Part shown: positions 21,814 through 31,870 of the stretch, piece by piece
How the letters are laid out: each line of letters begins with the position of its first letter
Numbering within the stretch: the stretch's first letter is position 1
From: a virus
Virus record (IMG/VR): IMGVR_UViG_3300022213_000004
Direction: 5' to 3' (one strand)
Length of the DNA: 64,000 bases
The notes under the pieces: model-generated
Databases searched by the model: none
Seen by the model: the letters and a program-made list of their open reading frames with translations, nothing else
Told to the model about the DNA's origin: nothing
Position numbers and translations under genes: made by a program

Positions 21814-22244
21814 AAATGACAAAGAAATTTGACAAATTAAATGATGCTTTCAATGTTGAAGGAGAAATCGTGTCAGTTGAGAGTAAAAGTGAAATTGAAA
21901 AAATTGAAAAAATAGCATCTACAGTTGATGATATTAAAAAAGATTATGATTACACTAGAGGAAATTTATATTCATTGATTGAAAAGGGTCAAGAAGCAAT
22001 TAATGGTATTCTTGAACTTGCCCAAGAAAGTGAGATGCCTCGTGCTTATGAGGTTGCGGGACAATTAATTAAGAATGTTGCTGATGCAACTGATAAATTA
22101 ATGGATCTACAAAAGAAACTCAAAGATATTGAAGAAGAAAAGGTGGGTAAAGGACCAACTACTGTCAATAATGCATTGTTTGTGGGTTCTACCGCCGAAC
22201 TAGCAAAACTCTTAAAGCAACAAACGGAAAATGAAAACGTTTAA
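21810..22244 (+). CDS. gp16: Terminase small subunit gp16
   Basis: DYDYTRGNLYSLIEKG, PRAYEVAGQLIK, NNALFVGSTAELAKLL. Confidence 0.92.
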   Translation: MKMTKKFDKLNDAFNVEGEIVSVESKSEIEKIEKIASTVDDIKKDYDYTRGNLYSLIEKGQEAINGILELAQESEMPRAYEVAGQLIKNVADATDKLMDLQKKLKDIEEEKVGKGPTTVNNALFVGSTAELAKLLKQQTENENV

Positions 22245-22386
22245 GCAGTTTCAAGAAGATTGGAGTAATAAATATAAAAAGAGTATTGATTGCTCCAATC
22301 CTAAAGGATTTTCTCAACGTGCTCACTGTGCTGCGAGAAGAAAAAGAGCAAAAGGCGAACAAACTAAATCAAAACCAGTTGAATAA
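22231..22386 (+). CDS. Small basic protein (51 aa) with capsid-targeting-like N-terminus; not in ORF track
   Basis: Manual translation MKTFKQFQEDWSNKYKKSIDCSNPKGFSQRAHCAARRKRAKGEQTKSKPVE*; overlaps the gp16 stop, and its TAA overlaps the next ATG (TAATG). Confidence 0.75.
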   Translation: MKTFKQFQEDWSNKYKKSIDCSNPKGFSQRAHCAARRKRAKGEQTKSKPVE

Positions 22387-24425
22387 TGCCCAAGATTAAA
22401 GCGCATAAAACCGTTGAGCAAATTGCAAAGAAGCATCGTCTTGAGACTTCTTTTATACAAAAGCAACTTGATATGGGGGAACCTATCGAACATGAACACA
22501 CTCAAGATCATGAACTTGCAATGGATATTGCTCTTCAACATCTTGACGAAATTCCAGATTATTACACTCGTTTGAAAAAAATGGAAGCATCCGCCAAAAA
22601 AGAACATAAAAAATTTAAAGATGTAAAAGAAGAAAATAGTAGTGATGGAAATCTTAAATATGAATGGGACACTCCTATTCATCCAGAAAAAATAAGATAT
22701 TGTATTAAATGTGGAAAAGATGAAACTAGAGAAGACTGCCAATATGGAACTAGATATTGGGATTTATTCTCTTTACCTTCAAAATTGAAAGAAGAAACTA
22801 AAAAGAAGGGAAGTCTTCATAAATGGTTTCAAGATTCAGAATCGACAGATAAAACCCCAGGTTGGGTTGAAGTAATCTCCGGAGAACCTTGTGCCCGCGA
22901 AGAAGGTGAAGAAGATGAAACTCCTAAGTGCGTTTCTTCGGATAAAAGAGCAAGTATGACTAAATCTGAAAGAATATCAGCACAAAGAAGAAAAAGTGCT
23001 ACAGACCCAAATCAACCAGAAAAATCTGGTGCCGCCAAACCAACATATGTTTCTACAGATTCACCTAAAAAGAAAATGAAAGAAGAGATGGACGTACAAG
23101 AAGCAAAGGATAAACCAGGTAAAGGTAGCGGTAAAAAAGATGCCTGCTATCATAAGGTAAAGTCTAGATATGATGTATGGCCAAGTGCATATGCTTCTGG
23201 AGCACTAGTCAAGTGTCGTCAAGTTGGTGCTGCAAACTGGGGAACTAAATCGGAGGAAATTATGCACGAAGAAGAAAGATACTGTCCTTTATGCGATAAG
23301 AGAGAAACAAGATCGGAATGTTCTTATGGCGGAAAAGCATGGGATAAAGTCTCCGTAAAAGACGAAGAATATTCAATGGCAAGATCAGAACTTAAAACTA
23401 TTGAAGATGCGGTAAAGAGACTTAAGGCAAGAGTTGGTAAAGGTGAGGGTTCACTGGAAGCATGGGTTCAATCAAAAATCACCAAAGCAGCTGATTATAT
23501 TGATACTGCGGCAGATTATGTTAATAGTGGCGAAATGGAAGAAGAAATTAGTTTTAAAGTTAATGAAAAAAAACCACTAACTTCTCCACAAATAAAAGTT
23601 CATAAAATGTCTCCAAAACAAAGAGGACAACTTCCCCCAGAAATGGTTGGTAAGTTAATAGGACTTACTGACTTACCTCCAATGGATTTAAATAAAAAAG
23701 AATCTATATCCATAGTTGATAAAATTTTAGAGGAATGTGGTTGTTCACATTCAAACAAAAAAAGTAAGTCTAAAAAGATCATAGTTCCAGAACAAACCAT
23801 TGAAGATGCAAACGGAAATACTTTTGCAGAAGTTGTGGATTTGATTAAACCAGAACCAATTAAAGGATTTAAGTCTCAGGTAAGCGAAGCAACAAGACTT
23901 CAAGCACAAACTGGAAATGTTATTGCAGTAGTTCTTTCCTGGAGGGGGAAATATTATTCACTTAAAATGTTTTTCCCACAAGTAAAGACGCCTTCAAGAA
24001 AAGAAATTAATGATGAGATTCAAAAAGTTTATCCAGGTTCAGTAGTTGTATATCATTCTATCTCAGAGATTCAACCAGGTCAACCACTAATTCAAATGGT
24101 TGGACCACAAGGTGGAAGTTATGCCAAACCTGGACCAAATAAAAATTATGTAAAACCAATGGGTGAAGAAGTTGATTTAAAGGAAGAAGGTCCTTCTTTG
24201 TCCGTAGGTAGGGGAGAAAAACTTCCAGTAAGTAGAGGTGGAGGTCTTACTAAAAAGGGAAGAGATAAATATAATCGTGCTACGGGTTCCAATTTACAAG
24301 CACCAGTGACTGGAGACGTAGAACCAGGAAGTAAAGCAGCAAAACGACGTAAAGCATTTTGCTCTCGCAGTAGAAGTTGGAAAGGAGAAAGAGGATTAGC
24401 GGCAAGAAGACGTTGGAAGTGTTAA
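22386..24425 (+). CDS. Modular hypothetical protein (679 aa), possible internal head protein; DUF5661-, DUF5872- and DUF6321-like modules
   Basis: EHEHT...IALQHLDEIPDYYTRL; YHKVKSRYDVWPSAYASGALVKC; GGGLTKKGRDKYNRATGSNLQAPV...RRKAFCSR. Domain names are from recall. Confidence 0.7.
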   Translation: MPKIKAHKTVEQIAKKHRLETSFIQKQLDMGEPIEHEHTQDHELAMDIALQHLDEIPDYYTRLKKMEASAKKEHKKFKDVKEENSSDGNLKYEWDTPIHPEKIRYCIKCGKDETREDCQYGTRYWDLFSLPSKLKEETKKKGSLHKWFQDSESTDKTPGWVEVISGEPCAREEGEEDETPKCVSSDKRASMTKSERISAQRRKSATDPNQPEKSGAAKPTYVSTDSPKKKMKEEMDVQEAKDKPGKGSGKKDACYHKVKSRYDVWPSAYASGALVKCRQVGAANWGTKSEEIMHEEERYCPLCDKRETRSECSYGGKAWDKVSVKDEEYSMARSELKTIEDAVKRLKARVGKGEGSLEAWVQSKITKAADYIDTAADYVNSGEMEEEISFKVNEKKPLTSPQIKVHKMSPKQRGQLPPEMVGKLIGLTDLPPMDLNKKESISIVDKILEECGCSHSNKKSKSKKIIVPEQTIEDANGNTFAEVVDLIKPEPIKGFKSQVSEATRLQAQTGNVIAVVLSWRGKYYSLKMFFPQVKTPSRKEINDEIQKVYPGSVVVYHSISEIQPGQPLIQMVGPQGGSYAKPGPNKNYVKPMGEEVDLKEEGPSLSVGRGEKLPVSRGGGLTKKGRDKYNRATGSNLQAPVTGDVEPGSKAAKRRKAFCSRSRSWKGERGLAARRRWKC

Positions 24426-24461
24426 TTTATTTTTATATTTAAAAAATAGAGGTGATTTATT

Positions 24462-26108
24462 ATGTCAAATGATGTTTATCTCGGTAATCCGCTTTTAAAA
24501 AAAGCAAATACCCCGATGGAGTTTACTCAAGAACAAATTCTTGAGTTTGTTAAGTGTCAGAATGATCCCGTTTACTTTGCAAATAATTATGTAAAGATCG
24601 TGACCCTGGATCACGGTCTTCAAACATTCAAACCATATCATTTTCAAGAGAAGTTAATTAATAATTTCCACAATCATAGATTTAATATCTGCAAGATGCC
24701 ACGACAGACTGGCAAATCAACGACTGTCATATCTTTTCTATTACACTATGCAGTTTTTAATGATAACGTAAATATTGGTATTCTCGCAAACAAAGCAGCA
24801 ACAGCAAGAGAGCTCTTAGACAGACTGCAAACCGCTTATGAAAATCTACCAAAGTGGATGCAACAAGGAATCATATCATGGAACAAAGGTTCCTTGGAAT
24901 TGGAGAATGGAAGTAAAATCTTGGCTGCTTCTACTTCTGCTTCTGCGGTTCGTGGTATGTCATTCAATATCTTATTTTTGGATGAATTTGCGTTCGTTCC
25001 CAATCACATCGCAGACTCATTCTTTGCATCAGTTTATCCGACAATTACTTCAGGTAAACAAACCAAAGTTATAATTGTTTCTACACCACACGGTATGAAT
25101 CATTTCTACCGAATGTGGCACGATGCAGAAAAAGGTAAAAATGAATATGTCTTTACAGACGTTCATTGGAGTGAAGTTCCTGGAAGAGATGAGGAGTGGA
25201 AAAAGCAAACAATTGCAAACACGTCAGAACAACAATTCAAGGTTGAGTTTGAATGCGAATTCTTAGGTTCTGTCGATACTCTTATTGCACCATCTAAACT
25301 CAGAACCCTCGTATACGATGCCCCCAAGACCCGCAGCGCGGGTTTAGATGTTTATATTGATCCTGAGGAGAATCATGATTATCTCATCACTGTAGACGTT
25401 GCTAGAGGTGTGGGAAACGACTATTCAGCATTTACAGTCATAGATATCACTGAATTTCCACACAAAGTTGTTGCAAAGTACCGAAATAATGAAATAAAAC
25501 CAATGCTTTTCCCAAGCATTATTCATGAAACAGCAACTGCATATAATAGTGCTTATGTTTTATGTGAGGTTAATGACGTTGGGGATCAAGTAGCAAGTAT
25601 TATTCAATATGATTTGGAATACAATAATCTTCTTATGTGCTCTATGAGAGGTAGGGCAGGTCAGATTGTTGGACAAGGATTTTCTGGGAAGAAAACGCAA
25701 CTCGGTGTCAAGATGTCCAAAACGGTCAAGAAAGTTGGTTGTCTCAATCTAAAGACAATGATTGAAGAAAGTAAGTTATTACTGAATGATTATGAGATTA
25801 TCAGTGAACTTACAACTTTTATTCAGAAACATAATTCTTTTGAAGCAGAAGAAGGTTGCAATGATGACTTAGCAATGTGTCTTGTAATTTATGCTTGGTT
25901 GGTTGCTCAAGACTACTTTAAGGAGCTCACCGACCAAGACGTGAGAAAAAGATTATATGAAGAACAAAAGAATCAGATTGAACAAGATATGGCACCTTTT
26001 GGATTTGTATCTGATGGATTAGATTCCAGTAGTTTTGTCGATACAGACGGTGATCGGTGGTATGTTGATGAATATGGAGATCGCGCTTATATGTGGGAAT
26101 ATATGTAA
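24462..26108 (+). CDS. gp17: Terminase large subunit gp17
   Basis: Walker A PRQTGKST, Walker B ILFLDEFAF, IIVSTPHG, nuclease DVARG and NDDLAM; uninterrupted. Confidence 0.97.
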   Translation: MSNDVYLGNPLLKKANTPMEFTQEQILEFVKCQNDPVYFANNYVKIVTLDHGLQTFKPYHFQEKLINNFHNHRFNICKMPRQTGKSTTVISFLLHYAVFNDNVNIGILANKAATARELLDRLQTAYENLPKWMQQGIISWNKGSLELENGSKILAASTSASAVRGMSFNILFLDEFAFVPNHIADSFFASVYPTITSGKQTKVIIVSTPHGMNHFYRMWHDAEKGKNEYVFTDVHWSEVPGRDEEWKKQTIANTSEQQFKVEFECEFLGSVDTLIAPSKLRTLVYDAPKTRSAGLDVYIDPEENHDYLITVDVARGVGNDYSAFTVIDITEFPHKVVAKYRNNEIKPMLFPSIIHETATAYNSAYVLCEVNDVGDQVASIIQYDLEYNNLLMCSMRGRAGQIVGQGFSGKKTQLGVKMSKTVKKVGCLNLKTMIEESKLLLNDYEIISELTTFIQKHNSFEAEEGCNDDLAMCLVIYAWLVAQDYFKELTDQDVRKRLYEEQKNQIEQDMAPFGFVSDGLDSSSFVDTDGDRWYVDEYGDRAYMWEYM

Positions 26109-26339
26109 ATGGATTTAGATAAGCAGATAAAACTTGGACATTTGTTATTAGCAGATAGAAAATGTAGAGTCTGTGGCGAAATAAAAAATCTAATAGATGG
26201 ATTTTATAGAACAAGAAAAGATAGAGGACCAGTTGCATCTTCTTATTCTTATGAGTGTAAAGAATGTACTATAAAAAGAATTATTGAAACTAAAAGAAGC
26301 GCAGCGCCATCTATAAATTGGGAATACCCTGATTGGTAG
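26109..26339 (+). CDS. Small Zn-ribbon hypothetical protein
   Basis: CRVC...FYRTRK...YECKEC; abuts the gp17 stop. Confidence 0.75.
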   Translation: MDLDKQIKLGHLLLADRKCRVCGEIKNLIDGFYRTRKDRGPVASSYSYECKECTIKRIIETKRSAAPSINWEYPDW

Positions 26340-26421
26340 ATATTCACGTCAGGTTTCCCCCGTGTAAAGTATCTTTTTAATAAATATTTTTTAGATAAAC
26401 TGAGATTTCACGGAGAAAAAA

Positions 26422-28893
26422 ATGGCGACTCCTCAATTATCTCCAGGCGTACTCGTCAGGGAAGTTGATTTAACTGTAGGAAGAGCTGATAATGTTTTAG
26501 ATAATATTGGTGCAATTGCTGGACCCTTCCCAATTGGACCCGTTGATTACCCTATTGATATTACTACTGAGCAAGATTTAATTAACGTATTTGGAAAACC
26601 ACAAACCACGGATTCCCAGTATGAATATTGGATGAGCGCCTCGTCCTACCTATCATATGGCGGAGTTCTCAAAGTTGTTAGAACTGGTGGAACATCTTTA
26701 AATAACGCGAATGCTGGAGTTGGAGTTGCTTCAGATACCAGCTTAAAAATTGATAATTATGACGATTATTTAAATAATCACGCAGAGGCTACGGAATTTT
26801 ATTTTGCAGCAAAAAATCCAGGATCTTGGGCAAATGGTCTTAAGGTTTGTATTATTGATGATTTAGCAGATCAAACTATAGGAATTACAACACTTAATGT
26901 TGCAAATCTCGGCATAAGTGCCAGTATGGGAGTAACCGTAGCATTAAATTCTGTTAAAATACCAACTTCAAGTGGAATAACTACATTTAATGGATATCTT
27001 AAAGGAATTATTACGGGAGTAACTACAGATTCTGTAAATGGAAATAGTACTTTAAATGTAAAAATTGTTTCTAGAGTATCTTCCGGTTCAACACAGTTTA
27101 ATACAACTTTAGTATCAGCAGCAACGACTAGTGCAAACGCAGGAATCAGCACAGTTTATGTGAACAGTATTGATGGAATAAATGCACTTTCCGATTTAAT
27201 TACTGTAAATGGACTTTCAAACGTTGCAATTAGTGCTGTTGGAATAGCAACTGCTGGCGTTGGTTTGGGATTAACTGAATTTTATGGATATTATGTTACA
27301 TTAAGCACCCCATTGACTTCTGGAATTTCTGCAGGAGTAGGTGTCACTTTCACTAGACTTGTAACAATAGGTTCAACTGAGACAAGTGTTGACTATGCAA
27401 GTGAAACAAGACATTCATCATTTAATTTAAGCGACACTATTAACGTTGTCAATTCTTCAGGAACATCTGTTGAAACTTTTTCTGCTGTTAGTGTTAGCGA
27501 TTGGTACGATCAACAAACTTTACAATTAGATAGTGGAATAATTTATTGGAAATCTATTGCACCAAAACCCGTTTCTAACAAATATGTTTTAGATAGAAAT
27601 GGTAAAAATGACGGAATTCACGTTGTTGTAGTTGATGATTCCGGATCTATTAGTGGAAATCAAGGAACAATTCTTGAGAAACATCTGAGTCTCTCTAAGG
27701 CATCAGATACAGTTTCATCCGCAAATTCTCCTCAAAAGATTTGGTATAAACAATATATTGCAGATTTTTCTTCACAGGTTTTTGCTGGAGGAAATCAATC
27801 AAATTCTTCAGATTCTTACTGGGGAACTTCTCCAAGAGCAACTGCATTCTCAACAGGATTTACTCCAGTTACTGGATTATGGGGTTCTTCTGCACAAGGA
27901 ACAAAGTTTAGTGCAATTGGAAATAAAACCTACACTTTAGGTGGCGGAGTTGATTATTCTGCATCAGGAGGACTGACAGCAACTCTTGGAGATTTGCAGA
28001 CATCATACAATTTATTTTCAAACAAAGATGAAATTCAAGTTGATTATTTGATTATGGGTCCTGGACTAACAGGTGATGCCAACAATCCTTTTGATTCACA
28101 AGCAAAAGCACAATACTTGATTTCTATAGCGGAACAAAGAAAAGATTGTGTTGCTTGTATTGGACCACATAGAACATCGATTGTTGGACAAACAAACACA
28201 ACTACACAAACAACGAATCTAATCAAATACTTTAGTTCGCTTTCTTCTTCATCATATGCAGTCTTTGATAGTGGATATAAGTACACCTATGATAGATTCA
28301 ATAATAAATTCGTATATATTCCTTGCAACGCTGACGTTGCAGGTTTGATGTGCCGCACAAATATCGTAGCATATCCATGGTTCTCTCCTGCTGGTCAGCA
28401 AAGAGGAATTATCAACAATGCAATCAAACTTGCATATAATCCAAATAAGACACAAAGAGATCAACTTTATCCACAGAGAGTTAACGCAATTGTAACTCAA
28501 CCTGGAATCGGCACTCTTCTGTTTGGTGATAAAACTGCTCTCGGTTATGCATCAGCGTTTGATAGAATCAATGTTCGTCGTCTCTTCCTCACCATCGAGC
28601 AAGCTCTGCAAAGAGCAGCACAATCTCAACTCTTTGAATTAAACGATGAACTAACTAGAGCAAACTTCAGAAACATTGTTGAACCATATCTGCGTGATGT
28701 TCAGGCAAAGAGAGGTCTTTATGGATTTCTTGTTGTTTGTGATAGTTCTAATAATACCCCAGATGTTATTGATAATAATGAATTTAGAGCAGATATCTTC
28801 TTAAAACCAGCCAAATCCATTAACTACGTCACTCTTACATTTGTCGCAACCCGCACTGGCATAAGCTTTGAAGAAGTAGTCGGAACAGTTTAA
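26422..28893 (+). CDS. gp18: Tail sheath protein gp18
   Basis: LSPGVLVREVDLT, PWFSPAGQQRG, FDRINVRRLF, KPAKSINYVTLTFVATRTG. Confidence 0.97.
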   Translation: MATPQLSPGVLVREVDLTVGRADNVLDNIGAIAGPFPIGPVDYPIDITTEQDLINVFGKPQTTDSQYEYWMSASSYLSYGGVLKVVRTGGTSLNNANAGVGVASDTSLKIDNYDDYLNNHAEATEFYFAAKNPGSWANGLKVCIIDDLADQTIGITTLNVANLGISASMGVTVALNSVKIPTSSGITTFNGYLKGIITGVTTDSVNGNSTLNVKIVSRVSSGSTQFNTTLVSAATTSANAGISTVYVNSIDGINALSDLITVNGLSNVAISAVGIATAGVGLGLTEFYGYYVTLSTPLTSGISAGVGVTFTRLVTIGSTETSVDYASETRHSSFNLSDTINVVNSSGTSVETFSAVSVSDWYDQQTLQLDSGIIYWKSIAPKPVSNKYVLDRNGKNDGIHVVVVDDSGSISGNQGTILEKHLSLSKASDTVSSANSPQKIWYKQYIADFSSQVFAGGNQSNSSDSYWGTSPRATAFSTGFTPVTGLWGSSAQGTKFSAIGNKTYTLGGGVDYSASGGLTATLGDLQTSYNLFSNKDEIQVDYLIMGPGLTGDANNPFDSQAKAQYLISIAEQRKDCVACIGPHRTSIVGQTNTTTQTTNLIKYFSSLSSSSYAVFDSGYKYTYDRFNNKFVYIPCNADVAGLMCRTNIVAYPWFSPAGQQRGIINNAIKLAYNPNKTQRDQLYPQRVNAIVTQPGIGTLLFGDKTALGYASAFDRINVRRLFLTIEQALQRAAQSQLFELNDELTRANFRNIVEPYLRDVQAKRGLYGFLVVCDSSNNTPDVIDNNEFRADIFLKPAKSINYVTLTFVATRTGISFEEVVGTV

Positions 28894-28930
28894 GAATTTT
28901 ATCCAAACAACTATAAAGGAGTAAAGAATC

Positions 28931-29632
28931 ATGTCTATTGGAGCTTATTCAATCTCACAATTTAAATCAAAACTATCGGGTGGTGGAGCCCGCGCAAATT
29001 TATTTGAAGTTAGAATGAATTTACCTTCAGGATTGTCTTGGGGAGGAGGAAAATCTGCCGCCTCTTCAAGTGCAAGCACTGGCAATAATAATGAAAAAGC
29101 ATCTAACACAAGCAGCTCTGCAGAAACTTTTATATTTTTATGCAAAGCAGCTGCTTTACCGGCATCTAATGTTGCATCAATAGATGTTCCATTTAGGGGA
29201 AGAACTTTTAAAGTTGCTGGCGATAGAACTGTTGATCCCTGGACAATCACAGTTATAAATGATGAGGATTTTCAGTTAAGAAGAACTTTTGAGCAGTGGG
29301 TGAACTCCATCGCCACCTTGGAATCGAATGTTGGATCAACCAATCCATCAAATTATATGGCTAGTGCAAATGTTTATCAATTAGGAAGATCATCGGCATC
29401 ATCTGGCGGAAAAACTGACTCAAACACAAATGCATCTTCACTTACTCATTCAGTTTTAGCGAATTATAAATTTGTTGATATTTTTCCAACCACAGTTTCT
29501 CAAATTGATCTTTCATACGATTCATCAAATACTATTGAAGAATTTACGGTAGAATTCCAGGTTCAAAATTGGAGTTATGTGGGAACCAGCTTAGAGTCTA
29601 CTTCTTCATCTTCGGAAGAAGATGAAAAATAA
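28931..29632 (+). CDS. gp19: Tail tube protein gp19
   Basis: GGGARANLFEV, VPFRGRTFKVAGDRT, WTITVINDEDF, IEEFTVEFQVQ. Confidence 0.95.
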   Translation: MSIGAYSISQFKSKLSGGGARANLFEVRMNLPSGLSWGGGKSAASSSASTGNNNEKASNTSSSAETFIFLCKAAALPASNVASIDVPFRGRTFKVAGDRTVDPWTITVINDEDFQLRRTFEQWVNSIATLESNVGSTNPSNYMASANVYQLGRSSASSGGKTDSNTNASSLTHSVLANYKFVDIFPTTVSQIDLSYDSSNTIEEFTVEFQVQNWSYVGTSLESTSSSSEEDEK

Positions 29633-29677
29633 TAATCAATTTAAATTTAAATAAATAAGTAAAATTACTAATAAATT

Positions 29678-31357
29678 ATGGCAAGATTGTTTGGATTTTC
29701 CATTGAGGATAATGAACCATTATCTCCCGGTGTGGTCAGTCCAGTTCCCCAAAACAATGAGGACGGGACTGACCACTATCTGAGTAGTGGTTTTTTTGGT
29801 TCATATGTTGATATTGAAGGTGTTTATAGGACTGAGTTTGATCTAATTAAAAGATATCGTGAAATGGCACTTCACCCAGAATGTGATAGTGCTATTGAAG
29901 ATATTGTAAACGAAGCAATTGTATCAGATACAAATGATACTCCTATAGAAATTGAACTTTCTAATTTAAATGCAAGTGACGGAATTAAGAAAAAAATAAG
30001 GCAAGAGTTTAAATATATTCTTTCTCTTTTAGATTTTGATAAAAAATCTCACGAAATCTACAGAAATTGGTATATAGATGGTAGATTGTATTACCATAAA
30101 GTAATTGACCTCAAGAATCCGCACGAAGGAATTCAAGAGTTGCGTTACATAGACCCAATGAAAATGAGGTATGTAAGGCAACAAAAGAAGTCAGAAAAGG
30201 ATAGATATAGACTATCAAATATTAATACAGATAATCCAATGGATTTTGAGTTTCCTCAAATCGAGGAATACTTCATTTATAATCCCAAAATGACATATCC
30301 AGCAAGCAATCCATCATCTCTTGGCGGAACTGCTGGAATCAAAATGTCAAAGGATTCCATTACATATTGCACTTCTGGACTTGTAGATAGAAATAAGGGA
30401 TCAACTCTTTCATACCTCCACAAGGCAATCAAGTCTCTTAATCAACTGCGAATGATTGAGGATTCTTTAGTCATTTATCGTCTCTCTCGGGCTCCAGAAA
30501 GAAGAATTTTTTACATTGATGTAGGTAATCTTCCGAAGGTTAAAGCAGAACAATACCTTCGCGATGTTATGATGCGTTATCGCAACAAACTTGTATATGA
30601 TGCAAATACTGGAGAAATTCGTGACGACAAGAAGTTTATGGCAATGCTTGAGGACTTCTGGCTTCCAAGAAGAGAAGGTGGTAGAGGAACTGAAATCTCT
30701 ACACTTCCTGGTGGTCAGAATCTTGGAGAAATTACAGATATTGAGTATTTTAAGAAAAAACTTTATCGTTCACTAAACGTTCCCCCCTCAAGAATGGATG
30801 GAGAGGGTGGATTTAATCTTGGACGCTCATCAGAAATTCTCCGCGATGAAGTTAAGTTCAGTAAGTTTGTTTCTCGTTTAAGAAAGAGATTCTCATATAT
30901 GTTCCACGATATGTTGAGAACTCAACTGATTCTTAAAAATATTATTACTCCAGAAGATTGGAACATTATGGAAGAGCATATTCAATATGACTTCCTATAT
31001 GACAATCATTTTGCAGAACTTAAAGATGCGGAGTTGATGAATGAAAGACTTGGTATGGTTCAAATTGCAGAACCATATGTTGGGAAGTATTTTTCTCAAG
31101 ATTATCTGAGAAGAAAAATTCTTCGCCAAACAGATGAAGAAATTCTTGAGCAAGATAAGATTATGAAAAAAGAGATTAAAGATGGAATTATCCCCGATCC
31201 AAATGCTCCAGTAGATCCAATGACAGGAATGCCTTTAGATCAAACTGCTCAAATGGATTTAGGTCAACCAGTAATGGAACCAAATCTTGATGCTCAAGGT
31301 GCTGCAACTGAGGCAAGTGGAAAGATTGCAGAAATGCCCAAGGGTGGCGAGATATAA
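29678..31357 (+). CDS. gp20: Portal protein gp20
   Basis: YLHKAIKSLNQLRMIEDSLVIYRLSRAPERRIFYIDVGNLPK, EDFWLPRREGGRGTEI. Confidence 0.98.
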   Translation: MARLFGFSIEDNEPLSPGVVSPVPQNNEDGTDHYLSSGFFGSYVDIEGVYRTEFDLIKRYREMALHPECDSAIEDIVNEAIVSDTNDTPIEIELSNLNASDGIKKKIRQEFKYILSLLDFDKKSHEIYRNWYIDGRLYYHKVIDLKNPHEGIQELRYIDPMKMRYVRQQKKSEKDRYRLSNINTDNPMDFEFPQIEEYFIYNPKMTYPASNPSSLGGTAGIKMSKDSITYCTSGLVDRNKGSTLSYLHKAIKSLNQLRMIEDSLVIYRLSRAPERRIFYIDVGNLPKVKAEQYLRDVMMRYRNKLVYDANTGEIRDDKKFMAMLEDFWLPRREGGRGTEISTLPGGQNLGEITDIEYFKKKLYRSLNVPPSRMDGEGGFNLGRSSEILRDEVKFSKFVSRLRKRFSYMFHDMLRTQLILKNIITPEDWNIMEEHIQYDFLYDNHFAELKDAELMNERLGMVQIAEPYVGKYFSQDYLRRKILRQTDEEILEQDKIMKKEIKDGIIPDPNAPVDPMTGMPLDQTAQMDLGQPVMEPNLDAQGAATEASGKIAEMPKGGEI

Positions 31358-31360
31358 ATA
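31353..31360 (+). promoter_or_regulatory. Late promoter (TATAAATA) overlapping the gp20 stop
   Basis: Exact consensus. Confidence 0.75.
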
Positions 31361-31386
31361 AAAAAAAATATTATTAGGTATTAACA

Positions 31387-31548
31387 ATGGATGAACTTAT
31401 GGATATGATTGTAGGTGATGAAGCACCTTCTCAAATCAGCGATAAAATTAAAGAACTTTTGTTTGCAAAGTCTTCTGAAAAGATTGACGAATTTCGCCCA
31501 GCAGTTGCAAATGCTATGTTTAGCGGAGAAACCGAAGAGGAAGAATGA
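31387..31548 (+). CDS. Small acidic protein (53 aa), positional equivalent of prohead core gp67; not in ORF track
   Basis: MDELMDMIVGDEAPSQISDKIKELLFAKSSEKIDEFRPAVANAMFSGETEEEE*; follows a late promoter after gp20; ATGA overlap with next ORF. Confidence 0.7.
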   Translation: MDELMDMIVGDEAPSQISDKIKELLFAKSSEKIDEFRPAVANAMFSGETEEEE

Positions 31549-31868
31549 AATCTTTTAAAGAATTCCTTTCAGAGTCAGTAAATATTTCTGGAGATTTTAA
31601 CGGAAATCTCTACATCAATTCTTCTCAACCAGAATCACAACAAGTTGGAGAGGAATATGTTGCAGATGTAATGTGGAATGGAAGTCTTTACAGAATGGAA
31701 ATGACCACTCAAAGTGGCGGCATTCCATCCAAAAGAGATTTGGGAGAACAACTACAAACTCAATATCCAGGTGCTGTAGTTCAGCAGATATATCCAGTCG
31801 AAGAGAAAAACTTTAACATTAAAAAAGCAAGTAGATACAACCCATCGAAGTTGGAATGGATTGATTAA
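31545..31868 (+). CDS. Hypothetical protein with capsid-targeting-like N-terminus (MKSFKEFLSE)
   Basis: ORF track; shares a module with the 22386 ORF. Confidence 0.75.
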   Translation: MKSFKEFLSESVNISGDFNGNLYINSSQPESQQVGEEYVADVMWNGSLYRMEMTTQSGGIPSKRDLGEQLQTQYPGAVVQQIYPVEEKNFNIKKASRYNPSKLEWID

Positions 31869-31870
31869 TA

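Noticed and set aside
26340-26421. SD-sequestering hairpin upstream of gp18 (CCGTG/CACGG)
   Set aside because: Only about 5 contiguous base pairs; too weak to call without comparative data.
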